NCBI GenBank assembly: GCA_013265495.1
Contig: MU061579.1
Location: 7,106,124 to 7,170,123, forward strand
Source of the DNA: Vicugna vicugna
Lineage: Eukaryota
Direction of reading: 5' to 3'
Length of the DNA stretch: 64,000 bases
This document shows positions 11,885 to 25,240 of this stretch, one piece after another. The translations under genes and the position numbers were made by a program. Numbering within the stretch: the first letter of the stretch is position 1; each line of letters opens with the position of its first letter. A model generated the notes under the pieces. That model ran no database searches and was not told where the DNA came from. It saw only the letters and a program-made list of their open reading frames with translations.

Positions 11885-13770
11885 TATTTAGCATTGCATT
11901 ATTTATAAAAGCAAAAAAGAAATTGGAAGAATCCAAATACCCATCAGTAAGAAAAGTGATCAAGAAAATGTGGAATATTCATACGATAGGATATATTTAT
12001 GATACGAAGGAATGGACTATATCTAAATTTATCAGCACAGAGTCATGACAACAATGTAAGAATGAAAAAAGTGCAGAATATGTGCCGTATATAATTTATG
12101 TAAATTTAAAAATAGGATACCCATACATGTATATTTATATTTATAAAGTATAAAAATAGACTGAAAGAGTATATAATAAACTTATAATAATATGTCCATC
12201 TTGGGAAGGAAGAGGAGAATCAGCTTGGATTTGTAGGTCGAGGGAGAATTCCAACTTTATCTGCTGTTTTATTTTTTATTTTTAAAATGTCTGTTGGGGT
12301 CTGTGAGATTAAAGGCAAAAGGAACTATGCTTAAATACTGTACTCTTGTCAATAAGATTGTTTCCTACAGGGATGGAGGCTAATAATTCTGATACCGCTC
12401 TCCACATATACTGGAAATGAACCATTAAGTAAATGAATGACAGGTGGTGGGATCCGGGTTTCCCACAGTTGGAGTCAAAATGTACACAGCAGCAGGAAGA
12501 GAATGGTCCATGTGATAAGGGGTTAGAGTTGGAGACCTTAGTTTATGGAGTGTATGGAGAACTCATGTTCAACCTAAAAATAGATTCAAGTTTATGATTA
12601 GTAACTTACTATGGAGCACAGGTGGTTACCTGCAGAAGTGTTTATAGCTGTGCGTATACACACAGGTTAGTGCACACACATCATTCTGAGGGGGCCTAAA
12701 AGAAATGACACTGCAGTGGCAACAAGCACACCTAGCACCCAGATCTTGGTTTCTGGTACCATTCCCCAGCAAGTGGAACAAAGTCTCCATGGAGAGACGG
12801 GTGATTCTGGGACTGGAGCAGGAAATACTCAAGATGAGCCTGGAGCATCTTGTGCCAGAAAGTAAGTAGTTTTTAAAAAATAAAAACTGCCACAATGAAG
12901 GCAGTATGTTAAAGGGACCCAGGGGTCAAGTAAAAGAGCTTCCAATGACCAAGGCTGGAATAATTTAAGTAACAAAACAAAGTAACATTAGATTATAACT
13001 CAAAATGTAAAATAGCCATGAGTCCCTACTGATAAAAGTGACTGAATAAAAATATAAATTCTTTGCAGAACTCCAAATTATGCAGCTCATGTAAATTATG
13101 TAGACATTCTACCCTAAAGGAGGGGATTATAACTCCCACCCCTTAAGAATGGGCTGCACATAGTGATTTCCTTCCAATGCGTACAGTATGAAAGTGTGGG
13201 GTGGATGGGAGGAACAGTAACTCACAGTAGAGAAATCCAACAAATGCTACTTCAGCCAGTTGATCGAGGTCAATATAAACACTCATAAATTATGTTGAAA
13301 GTAAGTACCCTTTGATATGATGAAAATGGCACTTTATGATCTTCCTCCCCAAACCCATTACTCTGGTCTAATAATGAGGAAAATATCAAGCAAATTCCAA
13401 TAGGGGGAATCCTACAAAATATACGACCACTACTCCTCAAAATGATCAGGGTTATCAAAAACAAAGAAAATCTGAGAAAATGTCACAGCCAAGAGGAGCG
13501 TAAAGAAAAATGACAACTAAATGGAATACGGCATCCTGGAACAGGAAAAACATTACATTAAGTAAAAACTAAGGAAATCCGAATAAACTATGGGTTTTAG
13601 CTCATAAAAATGTACCAATATTAGTTCAATAATTGTAACAAATGTCCTGTACCAATATGTTAAAAATAGGGGAAACTGGGGGAGAGGGTGGTATATGGGA
13701 ATTTCCAGTGCTCTCTGCCAGATTCTTCTGTAAGTCTAAACTGTTCTAAAAAATAGTCTATTAATTTTTT
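11885..13770 (+). mobile_element. Old L1 3' regions (L1ME-like ~11885-12280, then L1MC/MD-like ~12300-13770)
   Basis: Motifs aaatgacactgcagtggcaacaagcacacctagcacccagatcttgg and gaggaaaatatcaagcaaattccaa; ends gtaagtctaaactgttctaaaaaa. Confidence 0.75.
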
Positions 13771-14592
13771 TTAAATCTCTTGAAAATATGACCAAAAGTT
13801 GAGTTGTGAAGCTGGGCTGTGGGGACATAGTTATTTTATGCTTTGTGTGTTTCTCTATTTTTTTTTAACTTCTCAGAATTAGAAAAATAGAAACTTGAGC
13901 AGAATTCTGACCCACACATTATGTGAGTTAGTAATTATCGTGGGCAATCTCACTCAGTTTTGTTTATATTAACACTGGTAAGTTAAGACTTAAAGAATAA
14001 GGCCAGGATAGAAGCTAAAAATTACTGAATTTATTTGTACCCAAATCTCTGTGTTAATAGTAGGATGGATTTCTAAAAGTGGAATGCTATACCTCTTGCC
14101 GAATCACATTCTCAGCAAGGTTCTACCCATTTTCACTGGGTCTGTGTCTGGGAGCGTCCATTTCCTTGTTGCCTAGACACCATGAGGTGTTTTTCCCTCC
14201 ATTGGTTTGATAAGCAAAAAGATATCTGATCATGTATTTTCCTTCGCAGTTCTATGGTTGTTTACAGAGCTGAGAATTATCTTTTATGCTTATTGGCATT
14301 TGTTCTTCTGGTTCTATGAATTACCTGCTCATGCCCTTTGTCCATTTTTTCATTTCTTTTCAAGTGCTCTGTACAAATGATTTGAATATTACCACTCTTT
14401 TCTCTGTGGACTTCTATGACACCATTCAAATCTTTTTCCTCCTGCTTCTGTGCCCACATAAAGATTGGTTATCCTCAGCCCTATTCTCTTTCTGCTCTGT
14501 AATTCCTCTTTGAACTGTCTAATCCATACAGATATCCGGCTGCTCTCCCAGAATGCAAGCTCAAAATAAGTGGGAACCACGACTGTCTTGTT

Positions 14593-14697
14593 AGTGTCAC
14601 CAACTGTCCTGTCTTGCCTGGGGATGAGGGAGCTCCTGGAACTTTCAGTGCTCAAACTGGGACAGCCCTGAGCAAACCAAAGTGGTTGGCTACCCTG
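14593..14697. mobile_element. MER94-like hAT-Blackjack MITE inside an L2 3' end
   Basis: caactgtcctgtcttgcctggg...ggttggctaccct resemble the terminal inverted repeats. Flanked by L2 end (gtgcttaataaatatttgttgaatgaa). Confidence 0.65.
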
Positions 14698-15214
14698 CAA
14701 GTCAGGTGCTTAATAAATATTTGTTGAATGAAAGCATGATGTTTTCCAGGACTGCTTTTCCAGCCAGATTACTCTTTGGACTTACAGATCCACGTTTCTA
14801 ACTGCTTCAAGGGCAGCACCACTTAAATAACAGCATCTCACTTCTAGTATGTCCAAAACTGTCCCCCCCCCCTTAAAGAACAAACAAGCAAAACACAACC
14901 ACCCCTGCTGTTTTGTACTTACTTTCGTGATGAATTTTTTCTCTGGCATTTTAAAATTTCAGTAATCCTTCCACATTTCTCAGTTCTCAGTTTTATAAGG
15001 CAACTGTTCAGGGTTAGAGTTGAAATCTGTGCTTTGAAATGATGTAAATTAACTATAAGCTCCAGAATGGTTACATTCCCTTCGGTTCTATTACCCAATC
15101 CTTTTCACCCTTTTGGTTGCCTCATTTGCTCTGATGTTTCTACTGAATGCTCAACTTAGATAAAAGGGTAAAATGAGGCAAGCTTGAAATTATAAAAAAA
15201 AAATAAAATAAAAT

Positions 15215-15760
15215 AAAGAAGGTGAGTTTACTCAGGAATAGCAGAAGAACTGCAATTTGGGACACAGAGACCGTAGCAAGCTACAGGTGAGTCCACTGAG
15301 GGTGTGAGGGAGGCTGTCTTTATGGGCAGGGAATGTAAAGAGGGGAGAGTTGAGTGAGAGTCTGTTAAAGCCAAAAAACAAACAAAGACCAGCTCTGAAA
15401 ATTCCCCAAGCAGACAAAACCAATCCAGTCATGCAAACACAGCTCAATTCAGCTTATTCGTGAGACCAGCCCAGCCTGGGTCATTTCTTGTTCCTGCCTC
15501 AGAAAACCCTAAGCCTAACTTGAAGGTTGATACAAGGTAATCCCTGACCAATTCCCTATCATTCAGGAAAATTCCAATATTAGCAATTTTCTGTAAAATC
15601 AGGCTTTTACAGGAAATCAGTCTTTCACTCCTTACATTTTGTTTTCCTAAGGGCATGTGTGTGAGATTTTTCACTTTATATTCTCTGGTTCCACTTTAGA
15701 TTGAAATTCTTTCACAGAATAATAGTTGTGTTCATTTTCCAGGTAATAAAACTTTGTTGC
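15215..15760. mobile_element. Probable ERV1-class LTR fragments
   Basis: LTR-like composition and motifs; family and boundaries not resolved. Confidence 0.4.
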
Positions 15761-16112
15761 AGAGAAAAGCACATTGCCGTCAGTAAAAAATCACAGAATT
15801 GCCATTGATATAAGTAATTATTATTGATATCAGTTAAGTTCCGCGGTGGCCTTCAGTATGTAAATTTAATAACCATAGTTAAATCATAAATAACAGTTTT
15901 TAGAAAAAAAGTAAAATTATAATTTCATATGCATTGAGATTCTCAAAGAAACAGATCAGAGCATTAACTTAGTAACTCTGTTGTATAGGAAATGAAGTTG
16001 GCAAGTCACTTCATCTATGACTTTACCCCCTCAATACATTTTATGATGAATTGCTAAAGACACCAGCTAATTATGTCAACAAAAACTACTTCATTTTGTT
16101 CATCTTTATGCT

Positions 16113-16470
16113 TGTTTTAGTCAGCTCAGGCTGCCATAACAAAATACCATAGAATGGGTGGCTTAAACAACAGAAATCTGTTTTCTCACAGTTCCAGAGT
16201 TGGGAAGTCCGAGATCAAGGTGCCAGCAGGGTCAGGCTCTGGTGAGGATTCTCTTCTTGAAGACAGCTGCCTTCTCTCCATATCCTCATTTGGCAAAAGG
16301 ACCTCTGACATCACTTCCTCCTCTTATGAGGGCACCAGTTCTGTGGGATTGGCTCCACCCTTATAATCTCATTTAACCTTAACCATCTCCTTAAAGGTCC
16401 CATCTCATTCACTGGTGGGTTAGATCATCTACATATGAATTTGGGGGGGACACATGTAGTTCACAGTCAC
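16113..16470 (-). mobile_element. MLT1A-like MaLR solo LTR
   Basis: gctgccataacaaaataccatag...ggcttaaacaacagaaat...gaagtccgagatcaaggtgccagcag. Confidence 0.88.
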
Positions 16471-17613
16471 ACGGTTCTTCTTTTTCAGAAGAGTTGAATT
16501 TCAATAACTCAATTCTTACAAACCTGGTGATTAACACACCAATAACAATACACATTGCTTCATTTAAAAATTTTCTATTTTACGTGTGGGTTGTCAGCTC
16601 CCCGTGAAGCCTGTGTTCTCTCTAAAGTTTAACTCCACACATCTGTTGCCTTTGGGCCAGCCGGCTAGGTTAACCCAGGTTAATTCTTTTAAGCCTCTTT
16701 TTCTCCACCCCTGGAGAGTAGAGGAGTTTGTTCTTACCTGATCATGTATTTTCTCACCTTCCTACCACCTGTAAACAACTATCTACCCCTTCTTTTCTTC
16801 CTTTCTATCTTGCTTCTCTTTCTTCAATCAAGAGATGTTTCTTTCCCATCTCTGTCTACCCAGCTGGACTTCTCAGTTTTCATTTCTATCACATGTGTGC
16901 AGGTTTGAGCACGCTGAGGAGGTATGTCTCTCTGTAACTGTGTTTAGGGAAAGTAGTGGTGCCTTATTTATTGCCAAGTGCTTGCATTTCACAGAGTGCT
17001 TCCACCTAGAGTGAGTAACTGACTCTCACAAGAAACCAGAGTAGATGAGAGACCAGATAAGTATACAAGGGTAAAATATTATCTCCATTTGCAGATGCAA
17101 AAGCTGAGCTCAAAGAGGTTGAGGTCACTCCTAACATTTTGCCTTTTTCTAACCTCAAAATATTTTTAAAATTTATCTGTGGATTATTTGTGTGCATTAA
17201 TAGATCTCTTTGTCTACAGACCCTATTTCAGAAACTCATGGCTGTAGCATGTGAAGCACAGGCTCACTATGTACCATTTGTGAGAGTGGATATTTTTTGC
17301 TCATAGACAGAGCAGTCATTATATACTGTCAAATCCATCATGGGCATCTGGACAATCGCTTTGACATGAAAAACACTAAACTTTATGTGCTAAGTATATC
17401 TGCTAACATCCAATCTTGGCAACCATGTATGCAAGACAGGTCTCTAATGACTAAGAGTTAAACAGTTTTCTGAAAATATTACCCTTATGTCTGCTGGAGC
17501 CAAACATACGCCTTTTTAAAGCTCTTATGTAGATCATCTTTAGTATGGAGAGTATGTAGTTCTAACAAATAATGCTTTAGTTATTTGTCATTCTTATTTC
17601 CCAATTCATCCCT

Positions 17614-18117
17614 GGTATTAGCTATAGTTCTCCAGAGAAACAGAACCAATAGGAGATTATATATAAAGGATGTATTTATGTATGTATTTATGATTTATTT
17701 TACAAATTATCTCATATGATCATGGAGACCAAGAAGTCCCACGACGTGCCCTCTGTAAGCTAGAGACCCAGGGAAGCCAGCAGTGCAGTTCCAGCCTGAG
17801 GCCAAAGGCCTGAGACCCAGTAGTGCCAGTGGTGTAAGTCCTAGTCCAAGGGCAGGACGAGACCAAGGTCCCAGCTCACACAGTCAGGCAAGAGAGTGTC
17901 TTTTCCCCTTCCTCCACCTTTTTGTTCTATTCAGGCCCTCAGTGAACTGGATGATGTCCACCCACACTGGAGAAGGCAATCTGCTGTGCTTGGTCTGCTG
18001 ATTCAAATGCCAGTCTCAGCCAGAACTGTCCTCACAGACACCCCCGGAAATAATGTTTAGCCAAATACCTGGGCACCCATGGTTTAGTCAAGTTGACACG
18101 TAAAAGTGACCATCACA
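17614..18117 (-). mobile_element. MLT2-type ERVL solo LTR
   Basis: gtattag...ttctccagagaaacagaaccaatagg...gtcaagttgacacgtaaaagtgaccatcaca; 5-bp flanks tccct and tcccc. Confidence 0.88.
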
Positions 18118-19460
18118 TCCCCTTTTCTTCATTTACTTTTGCTTCTTGTGACACATTAAACTTAAAGTTTGAGTAATTTCATTGCAATCCACCTCTAAAT
18201 AAAGTCCCTTGTATTGTGCTTATATTGAAAAAATGTGAAAGTCAGTTGTGAAGGTGTTTCTCGACTTTGGAAAAACATTGAGAAAATAACGTTCAGTGTG
18301 TGAAGCAGGTCCAGCTGAGTGTTGGGATGGTTTAGTTGGTCCCACTCTACACCGGAGCACTGCCTCTGCAGGTTGGCTGTGAGCTCCAGGGAATACACCA
18401 CATCCATCTTTGTCTCTCCACCCAACGCCAGATAAAAGCAATGCCAACACCCAGCGTCCTGGCATTGAACATCCTGCAGTCCTTGTGCACAGTGCCCCCT
18501 GGAGGTGTGCAGTGCATGGTGACACAGCCATGGACACTGGCTGGAAGAACCATCACCAGCAAAGAAGCCATCTGCAAGCACTCGCAGGAGGGGGCACAGC
18601 ACACCAACTCGATGAAGTAGAAAGAATGAGGCCATTGAAAGCCCCATTTTCAAGTGCTAGTATCTCCATGTCTCCTTAGAGAAGTGGTCTTGGGCAAGCC
18701 AGTTGAGGTCTGTGAGCTCTGGTGTCCTCTTCTGCCTCTCCCCACTTCACAGAATCACGAATGTTAAATGAGATCACCTACGAGGGAATGCTGTATATGT
18801 GAGAGTGGATTTTATTTTAATAAATAAAAGGGAAACATAGGAAGAAAGGAATAGTCCCACCTGCCTTGTGCTAGTGACTGGATCGGAGGGAACAGGGCAT
18901 TTACAGAGTTGGTGCTTCAGCTTGTGATAGCACCAACAGGAGGAGAAATCTCTCCTTTCCCTTCCAGCTGCTCCCCACGAGTGGTGCCTCAGAAGCAGCA
19001 GCCCATGGAGCTCCTGCCCACCTGTCTGCAAACCATAGCATCCATAACTCCAAAAGACTGCTCTCACCTGTGACATCCCACAGCCGAATAAAGGCAGAGA
19101 CATACAGAGCTCACCAACACCATCGAGAATATGTCAGCCCCTCTGTTCTGTTTGCTGCAATAAAAACTGCGTACCATCAGACGCAGACCCCGAAGATTTT
19201 CAACTGTAAGCCCAGGCAGAACTAACTGCGCATGAAGGGCTAGGGGCAGTGGGGCGGAGGGCAGGGGAAAGAATCAGTGCTTGTGCAATGGAAAAGAAAA
19301 ATCAATTGAGGGGAAAGAAAATGTTGTCCTAAGCCTTTGAAAGCAGTGGCTTGGATGTATCGATATCAGCATATAAAGAAGGAATGGATGATAGAGTAGA
19401 GAATCCTTTTACATTTAAGTTCTCAGTTATAAGGAAATCAATAGTTCAGAAAGTATTTCC

Positions 19461-19570
19461 TTTTTTAAAATTGAAGTGAAATTCACATAACATAAAATTA
19501 ACCAGTTTAAAGTGAACAATTCAGTGGCATCAGTACATTCACTATGTTGTGCAAACGCCACCTCAATCTG
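19461..19570 (-). mobile_element. Short L1 (L1MB-like) 3' end
   Basis: aattgaagtgaaattcacataacataaaattaacc...; degenerate TSD gaaagtatttc / gaaatatttc. Confidence 0.75.
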
Positions 19571-22500
19571 GAAATATTTCTTATACTAGAATTTTATACA
19601 TAAAAGCTACAGTTAAAACATTAGAAAATCTTCTTAGACCTTTCAACCATTTGGATTTAACTCCCAGATTGTATTTGAGCACTCAGTAGGGTTGTGGCTT
19701 CCTGCCTAACTAATGTTAATTATTTTTAGTGTTGCAGAATGGGCCAATTTAAATGTTTTCACATTTGATGAGGTGGGTGGGAGAGGTGATTACGGATTTC
19801 TATGGACAGGAGACAGTCCATATGTTCATGTTCATATATGTATTGATAATGTTTAAACAATTCAATGAAAAGTTGAATATTATTTCAGACACATGCATTT
19901 CTTCCATACAGGGTCACACACACAGACTGACCAATTGCATATAACTAATAAACAGGGACCAATGCAAAATTGAATATAGTTCCTCAACTCTCCACCAAAT
20001 TTCTCCAAAAAACTGGCAGAGTTGGTTTAATCAAACATAAAATGAGCTCTTTGAATATGGGTGTCAGAAGGATGTGGAAAATCTGATTCTTCTTCAGTTA
20101 TGGGAATGAATATTCTACTGACAGTGAACAGAAAAGGATGCTCTTTGCACATGGTTTCTGAAGCTGCCCCAGGGTCATTCACGTACACTCCCCATGGCTA
20201 CAGAGCTAAGGAACAGTCTAATTAGGAAACCTCTTATCTTGCCACCTCCACTTTTACCGCTAACCTCTCAGACTTGGTCCTGCATCTTCTACTCCTGCTC
20301 TGAGCCACTGACCACAGGAGCTGAACTTTTCAATTGAGCTGGACTTAATCTTCCTCTGAGTTGACTATTGCCAGCCCTGTTACATATAGGCATGCTTCTG
20401 TGTCACCTTATAATTATAACCACATAGAACCCCAAAAGGTCTTCCTGAAAAATGCGGTAGCAAACTTCTCTTTAGCTGATTCTCTTTTTGCTATTTCTCA
20501 AATAGTGAGACAAGACTAAGGCAGAATTCTATTTTGGACTCCTGAAAGGTAACTGCTTCATGATTTATGAACATTCCACCCGAAGGAAGAATCAATAGAG
20601 AGAAGGAAAAGGCTTGGGGAGAACAATCCAATACGTAACTTTAAGCCTGGCTCACATTTTCACTTTTCTGAAGCTCTACATTGTCTCTTTATATATAGTA
20701 AGCGCTCGATATAATTTGTTTTTTGAATTGCATGAGGAATTTTTTTCTTCTTTAGTTATCTCTAAGGAACATTTTGCCTTACTATATTGATCAAATAATT
20801 ATAGTATTTGGTGCCAGCTGTTCAACTCAAATAATTATTTCTAAATAGCCTTCGACTTTTGTAATGAACTGCCATGTTCCCTGTCCTGCCTCTTAAGTGC
20901 TTGCTAACCATTCTTCATGAGACCACAAACGCATTACCCCATCAAGTGGTCCTCAAATTCTAGATTCACTTGTCCGCATTTTAAAGTCCAGATTCCTGGG
21001 CTCCCTAAGCACAGTGGTCCTCAGGTCTGAGACCTATATTTTAACAAACACCATGGGTGATCCAGGTGCCTCATGGAGAACATTTCAGAAACTGACCCAT
21101 AGATTTGAGCCCACCCGAGACTCTGAGACCAGCCTTATTTAGAGCAGAGTGGTGATGGAGAATCAACAATAAATTGCTAATACTGTGATGCTGGTCCTTC
21201 CCTGGGACGTGGTCTTGTTTCACTAGTCACTATTTTGTCTTCTTTCCCCCTTCATGTTCAAAATCCAGCTGGTCTTGCCCTGGATCTTGGTTGCTGGGTC
21301 CATCATATTGCTGGGCTTTGCTGGCTGCTGGATGAAGAACTGTCAATTACTAAATCCCATATTAATATCCTGCCTGTTCACCAAGTCTTCCATCCAATGG
21401 CCAAACTCCACTATTTGTCTTTTTGGATTCCTCTCAAAAGTCCTAATTCTACCTCTTAGAAATCGTCTTACTCCCTTCCTTGACCAGGTGGGTTTGCTGG
21501 ATGACTCTTCCCGGCACTAAAACCTCATTCATCATGACAGAGCCTGACTAAGGATGCTGACTACCCTTATCCAGAATTAACCAAGAGGAGTAGGATACTC
21601 ACCAGGCTGGCTACCCTTAAATAGATCATCTCCCTTTGTGTCTGTGGTACAGTGAGAGGTCGTGCCTGTTCGTTATCCAAGTTTAACATAAGAGATTTTA
21701 GAAGAGAAATTGTTAGGGGAAAACAATTCCAAATAATATTATTTTTGTTGCACTGAGCCTGTTGGCAAGAATAGCCCAGAACAAATGCAGATTAAAATAA
21801 AAGTGCTTATAGTTGCTTTTAGGCTGATACACTGGGTTGGAGTTAGAACATCCTTATCTCAGAAGAGTCCTCCATAAACCCTTGTTTACTTTGCTGAAAT
21901 AATGGAGAACAACGACATGGAGTCCCTTCATTCAAGACCCTTCCAAAGCGACTTATGCAGCCCAAGAGAGCAAACAGGTGTATCTCCTTCTTGCCTGGTC
22001 TCTGAGGCTAATACTGAGGAGACCTGAGCCTGGAACAGTGAGTTCAGTTAGCCACAGTCACCTTCAGTAAGCAGCTGAATGAGATGAATTATGTCCCAAG
22101 GAGACAGAGGGGGCCTGGGCCAACCAGGGATGTGTTTAGACAGTACCTGCTAAGAGACTATGGGCTCAAGTGAAGGTTGCTGACAAAATTGGTACTTTCC
22201 CAAATTGTTACTCTATCTGCTGAGAGCTGAAATTTATCTTTGAACACAAGAAGACATTTCAAACAAAGAAAGGATTTCTTTCTCTGTCTTGGTCTATTCA
22301 TTTATTTAACATATATTGGGTTTTTTAAAAATATATATATATTTTCTATGTGCTAGGAGTAAAAAGCTCTGCCCTCTGCCCTCATGGGGTAGTGGAGTTT
22401 AGGTCATGAATTTTAGAAATATGTCTACCAAGAACTTTTATTTTCCCACCTGCCAGCATAGAATGCTGGGGTTGCAGAGATAGAAACAAGTGCCTGTGAG

Positions 22501-22761
22501 GAAGCCAAACCACAGTTCACCTTCCAATGGATAGACCAGGCTGGAAGTTTATGGCAACGGTGCTAGTCAACAGGAGGAAAGGATGAGGACGCCCACCAAT
22601 TAAACAGAAATTCTCCCATGGAGATTGCAAAGCAGAGAAACTTGCCTTGGACAGGATAGATCTGTGCTAGAGTTCTTTCTGTTCCTTCCTTATTTTTACT
22701 AGATAAGGCGTTGAAGATTAATTGAAATACCAGGTGCTCTATAAGCTAATTTTTTTTTGTC

Positions 22762-22937
22762 AGCTTGAGCCAGCGGCTCAGGAACCTGGAGGGCTTGCTA
22801 AAACAGAGATTGCTCAGCTCTATGCCCAGAGTTTCTGACTCATTACTTCTGGGACAGGCCCATAGGACTTGCACGCCTAACAAGTTCCCGGGTGATGAGG
22901 ATGCTGCTGCTCTGAGGACCACACTTTGAGAACCACA
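22762..22937. mobile_element. MER5A MITE
   Basis: acctggagggcttgctaaaacagagattgc...ggaccacactttgagaaccac. Confidence 0.82.
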
Positions 22938-23019
22938 TGTGTAAGCAAACATTTAGAGGAGACTTGAAAGTGTTGTTCCACAAAGGAGTACAGACAACAG
23001 CACTAGGTTTAAAATTTTT

Positions 23020-23730
23020 TAACACCTGTTGTTTTTCTCACTGCAAAATAATACACATGTATTGAAAAAAAAATGTTTTAATAAACAATGAATTCATAAA
23101 ACCAAAGTAAATTTAAAACCATCCACTGAAAGATAGCCATTAGTAACCCTGCTGTGTATTTTTATAAAATCTCTATGTGTATGTTATGTTTATGTCTACA
23201 CATATACATATATGTTTCTCATATATATATAAAATGTATACAACATTGGATTCATCTTATACATCTTTTGTAACTTAACCTTTTCACTTAATAATATATT
23301 ATAAACATCTTTCTACATCAATACAGTTGTAGAACATAATTTGGTACATCCTTTGAATAGAGGTACCAAAATATATTTATATGTATTTAAATGTTCCCAT
23401 TTGCTGGACACATAGGTTTAACTCTTTCCTGGTAAAACGGGTTCAGAATAAATATGCTGTTAAGTCTCTCTGTATATCTTTAATTATTTTCTAAAGACAG
23501 ATTCCCAGAAGAAAAATGTCGGAGTCAAAACTCATGTATTTTAAAGCTTTGAATATATATTGCCAGAATACCCTTCAAAAAAACACTGGCTCAGTTGACA
23601 CACTTATCAGCACTATAGAGGTGTTTTCTTACATGACACTGAGCACCTGTTTTCCTTGGCCAATTCAACAGGGAGAAAATGATATCTTGTTTATATTTTG
23701 AATTTTTTCCAGTTACCAGTGGATTTATAG
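23020..23730 (-). mobile_element. Old L1ME-like fragment
   Basis: Degraded L1 3'/ORF2 motifs (cttttttcacttaataatatattataaacatctt; atatattgccagaatacccttc). Confidence 0.6.
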
Positions 23731-24251
23731 TCACATAACATTCCATGATTTCATACTTCTTTCATTTGTAGCTGTGTAAATCTGGGGCTTAGAATCATTC
23801 TGTAAACTCTTTATAAAGCAATTCTTTTGCTTGCGAGTTTCCGTGTTTGATATTTCATAGAGTCCAGCACATCATCTTTCTTTGTCAAGAACAAACAAAA
23901 AAAATCTCAAAATTGACAATTTTTGTTATAGTATATAAACTCTGTGAAAACAACTTCGCTACAGAATTCTGTATTTGGGGTTTGTCTGATATGATATGCA
24001 ATCTCAATTCTCAGTATATAAATTTATTATAATTTATAACTATAAATTATAAATGCAGTATAAATGGTCTAATTTTACTTATGAAATAATCCATGGGAAA
24101 AAAAGTATCCACTATGATTAAAAGAGGCAATTGATGGAACAATGTATCTTGTTATCTATCTGTTAATATTTATTGAGTGGCCATATGATGTGAGTACTGA
24201 AATGAACTTTCTTGGTGATACACTAAACTGAAATTTCTTGTTGATACACAG

Positions 24252-24455
24252 GGACTATTAGGTGAAAAATATGGGAACATCCGAATCCCTGGAGAAGTTG
24301 AAGCCTCAGAGTTTGAGATGATTTTGGATGCTGCCATAGAGGCAAAGCTGGAAACCAAGTTACTGGAAGAGTGGTACTGTCGAGATGAGAACTCGGTGCC
24401 CGCAGCTTATTACCTCAGACCCAAATCGGAAATGCTGAAAAGCAATAAAAATGCA
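24252..24455 (+). CDS. NWD2: NWD2 internal coding exon (204 nt, phase 0-0; probably exon 4), GLLGEKYGNIRIPGEVEASEFEMILDAAIE...KSNKNA
   Basis: Acceptor acag|GGA at 24251/24252 and donor GCA|gtaagt at 24455/24456. In frame with the 24318 ORF and joins the next exon in frame. Peptide recognised as NWD2. Confidence 0.93.
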
Positions 24456-24599
24456 GTAAGTTACCTTTCTCTCCAAACTGTGTCTCTCTCCACGACTTTA
24501 AATGGTTTATGCCATCCAGGGGTGGTTTCCTCCACAGAAAAGTCACGGTAGACAAAACATTATTTCTTTTTAACAACTAAATCCAAAGCTAAGAAATCT

Positions 24600-25240
24600 T
24601 CCAATTTTTGACCCATCTTTCTTTTTTGGCATCTCAGATTTTCCTTCTGGGGTCATTTCCTCCTTCCTGAAGTATACCTTTTGAAGGTTCCATTAATGAA
24701 AGTCTACTAGCGATAAATTCTGTTTATCTGAAAATATTTTTCTCATTTTGCTATTATGTGTCTACGTACATATGCTGTGTGGTATATGTTGTGCTTCCTA
24801 TATTTGCAAATTCATGTAGTCTATCAGTTCTGGAAAATTCTCAACCATCATCCCATCAAATAACATCTCTCCTCTATTCCTTCTTGTCTTTCCTTTTTGC
24901 TCTTTAATTAGATGTACATTAGACTGCCTCAGTCCTCCTCCATGTCTCTTAACTATCTTTGACATTATCAATTTCCTTATCTTTCTGTGCTGCTGTCCAG
25001 AAAATTACTTTAGACCTTTTTTCCAGTCCACCAATTTTCTTTTTCAGCTGTGTCCACTCTGTTCATGCATTGAGTTTTCAAGTTCAACAATTATATTTTT
25101 AATTTGTGAAAGGGTTTTTTGGGGGGGAGGTGATCTTTTAAAAGTCTGCTTAGCCACTTTTATAGTCTCTCTTTTTTTAATTCAGGATTTTCCTTCAACA
25201 TTTCATACATTGTTAATTTATATTCTTGTGTCTTATGTAG
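24600..25240 (-). mobile_element. Old L1/HAL1 ORF1-region remnant in the NWD2 intron
   Basis: gtcatttcctccttcctgaag...ctggaaaattctcaaccatcatc...ttcagctgtgtc motifs. Confidence 0.55.

Larger units (their letters stand above)
1..24251 (+). other. NWD2: Long NWD2 intron upstream of the 204-nt exon; earlier exons lie outside the window
   Basis: The first recognised exon starts mid-protein at a splice acceptor. No upstream NWD2-like coding sequence was seen, and the region is repeat-dense. Confidence 0.75.

Noticed and set aside
18195..18679. Cluster of overlapping 86-152 aa ORFs
   Set aside because: No recognisable protein or convincing splice structure; lies among repeat remnants in an intron.
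24444..24449. AATAAA inside a coding exon
   Set aside because: It falls in the Asn-Lys codons 6 nt before a strong donor; no evidence of use.
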